Of a DNA stretch of 64,000 nucleotides, positions 55,554 to 64,000 are shown piece by piece. Every line of letters begins with the position of its first letter. Within the stretch, counting starts at the first letter, position 1. Location of the stretch: the NCBI GenBank assembly GCA_964016885.1, contig OZ024745.1, positions 39,866,001 to 39,930,000 of the forward strand. The letters run 5' to 3'. The stretch comes from Eledone cirrhosa (taxonomy: Eukaryota). A model generated the notes under the pieces. It was not told where the DNA came from and made no database searches. It saw nothing but the letters and a program-made list of their open reading frames with translations. The position numbers and the translations under genes were made by a program.

Positions 55554-55555
<2 letters not shown>
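54548..55555 (-). repeat. Tandem pLTR-like duplication (offset 597) plus inverted piece, with HHR variants at 54616-54705 and 55213-55302
   Basis: Direct repeats of about 320 bp that appear identical. Minus strand reads TCCTC-TTGATTA-GTCGGCA...TGCCAC-GAAA-CTACGTAG-TC-GAGGA. Confidence 0.82.
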
Positions 55556-55621
<66 letters not shown>

Positions 55622-55755
55622 GTGTGTATAATGGGAGCTATGGTGCTTCCATAGGTGGTATGCAAAACTTAGCACTCAATATTCATACAGAGCAGAGTTT
55701 AGATGGTATAGAAAAAACGAAAAAAATCAGTGATGCATCTGGACTCAGTTTATTG

Positions 55756-55846
55756 CGTGTTACAATTGTTTCGCCGGCAGGGAGCTCGAGACATGATCAC
55801 TGTATGGATCTGGCTGATTCTACGGCTGCAGGTTCCTTCGGACACG
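55756..55846 (-). ncRNA. Degenerate HHR with enlarged helix II, probably in the 3' pLTR of the PLE whose endonuclease is at 57.9-58.4 kb
   Basis: CGTGT-CCGAAGG-AACCTGCA-GCCG...CGGC-GAAA-CAATTG-TA-ACACG; homologous to 63620-63712. Confidence 0.6.
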
Positions 55847-57227
55847 GGCAGTTCGTTCCGAGTAAATTTTCTCACTGGGGTGTTATCGTCAAAAACCACC
55901 TTCAAAAAACATCTTCCACTCTTGTCATGCCATTGGCTGTTGTAATTCTACGTCATCTTAAGTTGTGGTCATTATTTACTGATACACGGGTCATCAGCAA
56001 TTTTCCGTCCGACACACTTCAATTGAGCCATGCTGGGTTCGGTATCTCACTCGTCTGTTCACACTTCAGAGTATGTACCCACATATGCACACACACATAT
56101 ATACACACACGCGCAGGCACAGACACATGCATGCATACACATATGTACGCATACATGGGTAGACACACATACCACCATGCACATATATACACGCACACAC
56201 TCTCCCTCTCTTCCACAAACCCAGGCACACTCACATCCAGATACCGACCGCCACCTGCCTATTAGCGCCTGCTTAAACAGCGCCATACATCCGGTCTCAC
56301 ACGCACGCATACACACACACACGCACCGATACACACGTCCACGCATACAAAGATACATATCGGCGTTTGGGCACATCAGCACATATATACATAAACACTC
56401 TCAGACACATACGTGGATACACACGCACATACACGCATATCCTTATTGATAGGCATCAAGGACAGACACTTCCAAAGACATACGCACACATACACACATA
56501 CACACACACCTGTACATATATCTACACAAATGTACATGTACTTGCATATACAAACATAGAGAAACCCTGTCCTATGTGGGTGTACGTACGCGCCCACACA
56601 CACCCCCACTGACAGATACTCACACCACACACATATATATATATATATATGTGTGTGTGTTTACATAGACACACGAACGGCCACATGCACACACACATGC
56701 ATATTTGCTTACACACATATGCTTCCACAAATACATATATAAACAAAACCGTAAAATAAATATACAATATATCATAAAAAATACAATATACAATAAAATA
56801 ACAATAAAATAACATAACATAAAATAATAATACAATATTATATACATATATATATTTACATGCATACATATTCATACATACATATATATATATACATATA
56901 CAATGGATATATGATAAAATAATAATAATAATAAAATGAATATATAATCCATCCGTACACATTCCTGTGGGATGTACACACACATATATATATATATACA
57001 CATAAATACACATACACATATAGACCCACATATACATACATACGCACACACAAATATATATATATACATACGCACCCACATACACACACGTACTCATACA
57101 CAGCTATACAAATATATATATACACACAGCCACATATGTGCATACATGTACATGCATGCACACACACACGTATAAGCTCATACATATACGTGCTCATGCA
57201 CACATACACACACCCATACACACACAC

Positions 57228-57279
<52 letters not shown>

Positions 57280-57857
57280 ACATACACACATACATACATA
57301 TACATACGCACAGGTCTACACATAAAAACACACATATAAACACAATAAGATAATAAAATAAAATACATAAATTTACAATATGTTAAAATGCATTAAAATC
57401 TGTATGTAACTTCACAAAGAGATAAATAAAAAAGAGGGGAGGTACAGGAGAAGGTGCGTGTATCCATGTTATATACTACACATAGGTAGTATGAGGTGCA
57501 AACTTAGGTCCGTATATGGAACAAGTAACAATAACAAAAGAATAATAACACTAATAATAATTGTTCCAAAGTGGAACATATGGATAGTATATATACACGA
57601 TTCAATATTCACGATTGACAGGGTACACATTCAAGATGACGCTTGGCCCGGTCATCACGGGTATACCACCGTGGTTGGGGTGTGCTGTTCTATATGTTTG
57701 GGGTATTTGACTGGACGACCGTGGACTTCGTGTTAGCCGGTCGCGGCATAGGTGATGTACCTTCCCAATGTTGCGTGCTCGATCAGGTGTGCACCCTGAT
57801 TTACTTATGTTTTCCACACGGGTCGCACAATGTCATCAGGGAATGGTATCAGGTCCC

Positions 57858-58440
57858 TTAATCCCGTTGGACCGCTCGGGTCTGTGCGTACCCGGTCCCA
57901 TGCCCCTGGCCTGTGCCACCCGGACGATTCCATGCTGCAAATGTGCATCTTCTCTGGTGTCTGCAGGTCATGATAATTTCAGACTTCAGGTTGACCGCGT
58001 CATCTTTCAGTCTGACTATCTCCATGGCCTCGTGTAGGCATAATCGGCACTTTCTACTTCCAGCCGAATATGGCCTCGCATGGCGAACGATGCTCCTTTC
58101 CAGGGCGTACGTAGTGCCTTGGTCTTTCAGGTCCCACACCAGGTCCGCTAACCTAGTGGAGTGCCTTTTGCTACGGTCCCTGAAGGAATTTGTGTGATTA
58201 TACATCCGCGATTTAAAGGTCGTGGATGTTGCGCCGATGTATGTGCGATGCGCATTTTGGGTTGTAACCACACTTGTATATCAGGGCCTTCGTCAGGCAG
58301 TTCCCTGCAGCGGCACTGGGTTCCCTGCAGCGGCACTGGGTGCCCGCTCTGCAGTTACAAGTTCTGTTGTCAGTTCTTAGGCATCTGATGTCTGGGCCTC
58401 GATCTGTTATGGCCCTCTCAGGGTTCACAGGTGTTGTTTC
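57858..58440 (-). pseudogene. PLE GIY-YIG endonuclease fragment (Naiad-like), frameshifted
   Basis: RTCNCR...GNCLTKALIYKC, YIGATSTTFKSRMYNHTNSF and CRLCLHE...NLKSEIIMTCRH. A 20-bp tandem duplication at 58301-58340 breaks the frame. Confidence 0.88.
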
Positions 58441-59060
58441 GCCGACACTCTGGTCTCCACTATTCCACTCGTTCCCTCCCGGCGCTGGACCACATCACCT
58501 TTTTTATATATATACATTTTTTATATATATATTTTTTACACATATTTCATTATATTCTACAATGTATTAATTTAGTTTTCTCAGCATATTTTAAGCGTTT
58601 GACCTTTTTTCGATAGCCTTAAATTTTCGCTCAAACCTTCGTAGATTTTGTAAACAAACTATGACATCATATGTTTTTTCTACGTTCATAAATCATTCTA
58701 GCAATTTCCTTTATTTGTTGATATTAAATAATAATTAAATAGTATACCCTACACATGGATTTTTAATAGAATTTTTTAATTTTGACATAGATAGACTATT
58801 TTTATTTTTTTATTTTATTTTAATTTGTTTTATATACAAATCTTTTTTATACTTATTTTAATTTAATTTAATTTTATTTTATTAAGACATTTTTACACTT
58901 CTTAATCCAAGTTTTAGTATTTAAACCCAATATAAAATAATATACCCAGTTTCTATATTTTAGACCTCTAATATTTGAATACCATCTATAATATTCGCTC
59001 ATACACCTCATCAATTTACTTTTAACCGTTATCTACAGCTATTTTCATTTTGAGAGCGTT

Positions 59061-59127
<67 letters not shown>

Positions 59128-59278
59128 TATCTTTTTTTTTCTCTCCTCACTTTCTTTTTCCTTTTTCTCGTTCTTCTTTTCTATTTTCCTATCTTTTTCT
59201 TACTATTATATTTTCTGTTATATTTAGGTTTTGCACTTTTCTGTTACCAGTGCTTTTAGGCCTCATATCATGTTACCT

Positions 59279-59348
59279 TATTTTATCTGATGAGAACACA
59301 ATTTTTGTCCCAGGATGATGTTGTTTTCGAAATGCGCATAATAAAATA
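59279..59348 (+). ncRNA. Canonical type I HHR in a solo pLTR-like segment
   Basis: TATTTTAT-CTGATGA-GAAC...GTTTTC-GAAA-TGCGCA-TA-ATAAAATA: perfect 8-bp helix I and palindromic helix III. Confidence 0.88.
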
Positions 59349-59473
59349 TATGGAACTTTTTAACCATCTCTTAATTTCTTCTTTAATATATACTCCAGTT
59401 TAACCAACTGTTGAGTGCTACTTATCTGATATGTGCATAGATTTATTGTTCTACAATATTACTCACCTTCTAC

Positions 59474-59516
<43 letters not shown>

Positions 59517-60242
59517 GACGGCGATGATTCTGTTTTGCAAGGTTTTTTATATGAAATCCTGTGTCGAAACAAATATTATTATACTTGGGGAGGGTCATAT
59601 AGTTGTAATAATATTGCCAGAATTAATTTGGTTGGTTTTCGCTTCTGTATATTTGATATCAGTTAATCCATTCGGTCCGCAGTGTTTATATCATTATTAT
59701 ATCTGAGTTGGTAGATCTAGTAAGTTCTTTGTTAAGTTCGGTGGGAAGTTTTTAAAGACTCCTGGTTAACTTTCCTGGAGAACTTTCTCGCCTTCGTCGG
59801 TGGCGCTTGTCCAACTGTGATCATGTTGTGGCGTGATGTGTGATATAGGAGAGATTTGGATGTGTCTGGGGTGGGGTAAGGTCTTAATGATTGTGTGAGT
59901 GAAGGAGATTTAAAGGAATTAATGCATACACATGTACACACATACATATATATACACATATAATAATATATACATATATACACAGAAAATAAGGAATTGT
60001 GACAGAAAGATAATTGAATGTGAGTGCTGTTGGGGCTTTTTACGAGTGTTTAAGAAAGGGCTGTAAAAGTGCCTTTCTGTTGGTTCCATTTCAATAAATG
60101 ACGTTTGATGACTATAATGGCAGGATGTTTTTAAAATTCGTTTCTTATAGCTATAAGAAACGAATTACATGTAATCATAGCTATATGCATATATAAATAC
60201 TTAGAATCACACATACACACACACACCCATATATATACATAT

Positions 60243-60310
<68 letters not shown>

Positions 60311-60730
60311 GTGCATGGAGTGTAAGGTGCAGTTATTGTAGATTCACCCGAGTGAGAACTCGATGTGTAGTTCCCACTTTGTAAAGAGGTCAAGAACTAA
60401 GCAGGTTGTAAATATGATATACTAAAAAAGGACGCTTTGTTATGTCTTCATCACATTTATTGAACGGAGACGCGCGTTCCGCTATTGATCAGCTCAATGT
60501 TCGATCTATATCGATCTGGCCAGATTCTGGAATCAAACATTCGTCGGATCTCTGCTATCATTAGACAGAGGTACGACGAGCTTTTGATTCCAGAGTCGGG
60601 CCAGATCGATACAGCTCAAAGCCTGAGATAATCAATAGCGAAACGTAATGAAGACATAACAGATCGTCGTTAAATATAACAGTCAAAGTTAAACTCGGCC
60701 GGATTTGAACTCAGAACGTTAAAGGCCGTA

Positions 60731-60777
<47 letters not shown>

Positions 60778-61783
60778 AATATATACAACTTAATATAAAT
60801 TAATATATGATAAACACGTAAGTGTTTGCATTGCAAAAGACTAAATTAGCTAGAATGAAATAATCTAATAACATAAACAATCAAATATACGTACGAGAAG
60901 TTACGTATACCTTCTCGTACGTATATTTGATTGTTTATGTTATGGCGTATAATTTTATATATTCTGGTACATATGGTTTCGCTATGTGTATACGGGAGTT
61001 TCGCGTCTGTGTGAGTATGCAGCTTCGTACGTATGTATGGTGTGTGTATATGTGTACTTCATGTTTTGGTTGAATTATGTCTCCGAACATTCGTGTATTT
61101 ACATGTAGGTATGTGTGTGCGCTTGTTATATACGTATTTATTTATTTATATACGTTTATATATTTATTTTTTTATTTGTATACACGCATACACACACACA
61201 CACATATTTATATGTGCATGGTTTTGTATACCTATGGTAAGTGTTTTGCGTATGCTTGTGTATGTACGTATTTGTTTGCGTGTATGTTTCTATTACTTCT
61301 GTATTGTATTTATTTACTTTGTTCTTAACTCTGTAGCGGAGATTCATTCGGTCTCCTAGTTAGAATTTTCGTCTACGACTTCTGCTATACCATTTACGTG
61401 GTTTTGTCTTTGCGTGCTATTGTTCTCCACGGTCCACTTATGACGTATTATCTTCGTTTTTTTCGTTCATTGCCAGAGAACGTCTGTATGAAACACCTAA
61501 GAGAACATTAGTCTACGACCTCTTTTATACCATTAACGTGGTTCTGTCTTTGCGCGTAATTGTTTTTCACCACTCCTATTAATGACGTATTATATTCGTT
61601 TTTTTTCCGTTCTTTGCCAGCGAACGTTGCCACGAACCAAAGTATCGTCTTCCTGTCTTCCTCCGGTTGCAACTTTTTTGAAATATCCACTTCTGCGTTT
61701 ACAGATTGACTTTGTTAGTTTCAGAAGATCCCGTTAAGGGTGAAAGCAGCGATTCTTTGCTTAAACTTTAATTTGTTATTTTA

Positions 61784-61840
<57 letters not shown>

Positions 61841-61862
61841 CATATATCTATATATATACATA

Positions 61863-61924
<62 letters not shown>

Positions 61925-61941
61925 TATATATATAGATATAT

Positions 61942-62022
<81 letters not shown>

Positions 62023-62102
62023 TATAAAAGATGAAATCGAAAATGCAACTGGAGTCTTAGTTTTGAAAAAATATATATATTTATTTGGTTCCTTCTCAAC
62101 TC

Positions 62103-62142
62103 TACTTTTGAAAAGCAGAAGAACTGCGAAACCGGTAAAGTA
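62103..62142 (+). ncRNA. Intact minimal HHR with U3-A8 core, inside a fold-back (62030-62205)
   Basis: TACTT-TTGAAAA-GCAG(AAGAA)CTGC-GAAA-CCGG-TA-AAGTA. Confidence 0.82.
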
Positions 62143-62234
62143 ACAAAATACATATATATATATTTTTAAATATAAGACTCCAGTTGCATTTTCGATTTCA
62201 ATTTTTTTCTTTATATTTATATATATATATATAG

Positions 62235-62290
<56 letters not shown>

Positions 62291-62291
62291 T

Positions 62292-62334
<43 letters not shown>

Positions 62335-62363
62335 GTATATGTATATATATATATATGTATATG

Positions 62364-62415
<52 letters not shown>

Positions 62416-62416
62416 A

Positions 62417-62504
<88 letters not shown>

Positions 62505-62672
62505 GTTACGGCCTTTAACGCTCTGAGTTCAAATCCGGCCGAGTTTAACTTTGCCTTTTATCCTTACGGGATCGATAAAGTAAAGTACCAGTAACGTAAT
62601 GCTGGCCGATTTAATCGACTTTCCAGTCGCCATAAATTACTGGGCCTGTGCATATACTAGAAAGCATTATTG
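62505..62672 (+). mobile_element. 5'-truncated octopus-type SINE; an inverted partial copy lies at 60685-60730
   Basis: CTTTAACGCTCTGAGTTCAAATCCGGCCGAGTTTAACTTTGCCTTT...TCGATAAAGTAAAGTACCAGT. Confidence 0.8.
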
Positions 62673-62738
62673 TATATATTTATATATATATATACAATGA
62701 TATTAAACAAACGGAAACTATATTTATAAAACCATATT

Positions 62739-62800
62739 TATTCTATTATATATATTTCAAGGGTACTACAAACTTTGGTACGCTTTCATTAGATAAAATA
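62739..62800 (-). ncRNA. Degenerate HHR (G5A) of the same pLTR family as 49490-49600
   Basis: TATTTTAT-CTAATGA-AAG...CTT-GAAA-TATATA-TA-ATAGAATA, followed by the shared AATATGGTTTTATAAATATAGTTTCC. Confidence 0.72.
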
Positions 62801-63329
62801 CAAAGTGTGTTTTAGAAATGTTGACATAGCCAAGGAACATACCTTATAAGTTGAATTTTCCATGGAAAATAAATTTAAAGAACGGATTTTTCAAAATTGT
62901 TAGGATGTGTATACCAATGAATATGTAAACGAGGTTGTGGTATATGATTGAAAAACCGTTATTTTAAACGGAATGGAAAATTTATATATATGTTTATATT
63001 AGTAAGAGAGAAAGAAAGAAAAAGAAAAAGGAAAAAGAAAAAGAAGACCACTTATATACGTTAATTTGGGGGAGAAAATTTGAATATTTACCTATATTAG
63101 GTATATAATTATATGGAGAATTATGTTTGTAAGTATTTATCTTATTACAATATTGTAGTGGGTTAAATATATAAATATCTATATATATTTTAATAATAGC
63201 ATATCCATTATTAATAAAGAGATATAGATAATTTGCAATTATTAGTTGTTTACAATATTAGTTACGAGGGATGTTGTTTTTTTGTTTTATGTAGATAAAT
63301 GAATAAATAAATAAAATATCCCTTCTGCT

Positions 63330-63360
<31 letters not shown>

Positions 63361-63532
63361 ATTAAAATAACAGATTAAAGTTTAAACAAAGAATCGGTGC
63401 TTTCACCCTTAACGGGATCTTGTGAAGATCTGTTATTTTAATAAATATCTGCACTAGGGTTCTTATATATTTGCTATATATTTATCATTATCGAGCCCTC
63501 TTTGAATTTTAGTCTTCAAATTAATATTTATT

Positions 63533-63578
<46 letters not shown>

Positions 63579-63619
63579 GGAGAACGCAGAATCAGTGATG
63601 CATCGCAACACAATTTATT

Positions 63620-63712
63620 ACGTATTACAATTGTTTCTCCGGAGTACAGCTCGAGGTGTGATCTGTTTGTGGCTCGAACCTGACTCTGGATTCGCAATTT
63701 CCTCAGATACGT
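63620..63712 (-). ncRNA. HHR with canonical core, 9-nt insert and enlarged helix II
   Basis: ACGTAT-CTGAGGA-AATTGCGAA-TCCAGAGT...ACTCCGGA-GAAA-CAATTG-TA-ATACGT. Confidence 0.72.
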
Positions 63713-64000
63713 CTATTGATTTCGAACCAAATCCTCTTTTATATATATGTATGTATATATTTGAAATATATGTATGTATATATTTGAAGTCATAGAAAAA
63801 CGTGAAAGCTCGTTGCTAGAACAGCTGTTAAAAGAGCTAAATGTTATCAATGAGAGCGATGGGCAAAGATGTCTTGATCTTTTCTAATCTGTTTCTCACG
63901 CACAGCATAGATTCTCTCAATAACCACCGGTCACTGGTCTCTGTCCTCTGAGTCATTTGTAATAATTATTGTCATTGACAGCATTTAGGATGATGTAACA

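Noticed and set aside
55624-57368. Numerous YI/HT/CV-rich ORFs here and throughout the window
   Set aside because: They are translations of (TA)n and (CA)n microsatellites.

Overview
AT-rich, microsatellite-dense animal DNA, probably Octopus or another cephalopod judging by its SINEs (inference). No host protein-coding gene is recognisable. Bases 1-19010 are a near-homogeneous 467-bp tandem satellite (about 41 units, running off the window start). Each unit carries a minimal type I hammerhead ribozyme (HHR) motif on a long stem, which makes it a retrozyme-like satellite. The rest of the window is decayed Penelope-like retroelements (PLEs): four RT and/or GIY-YIG remnants and many pseudo-LTR (pLTR) fragments in direct or inverted arrangement, mostly embedded in (TA)n. 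It also holds tRNA-derived SINEs, RTE-like LINE fragments and a tRNA-Asp pseudogene. Two short arrays (321-bp units at 33.5-34.6 kb, 310-bp units at 44.0-45.7 kb) look like diverged homologues of the 467-bp unit, each with its own HHR. By eye, about a dozen distinct HHR-like families are present, including U3-A8 compensatory core variants and forms with an enlarged helix II. All RNA structures were paired by hand, ribozyme activity is untested, and most boundaries are approximate.
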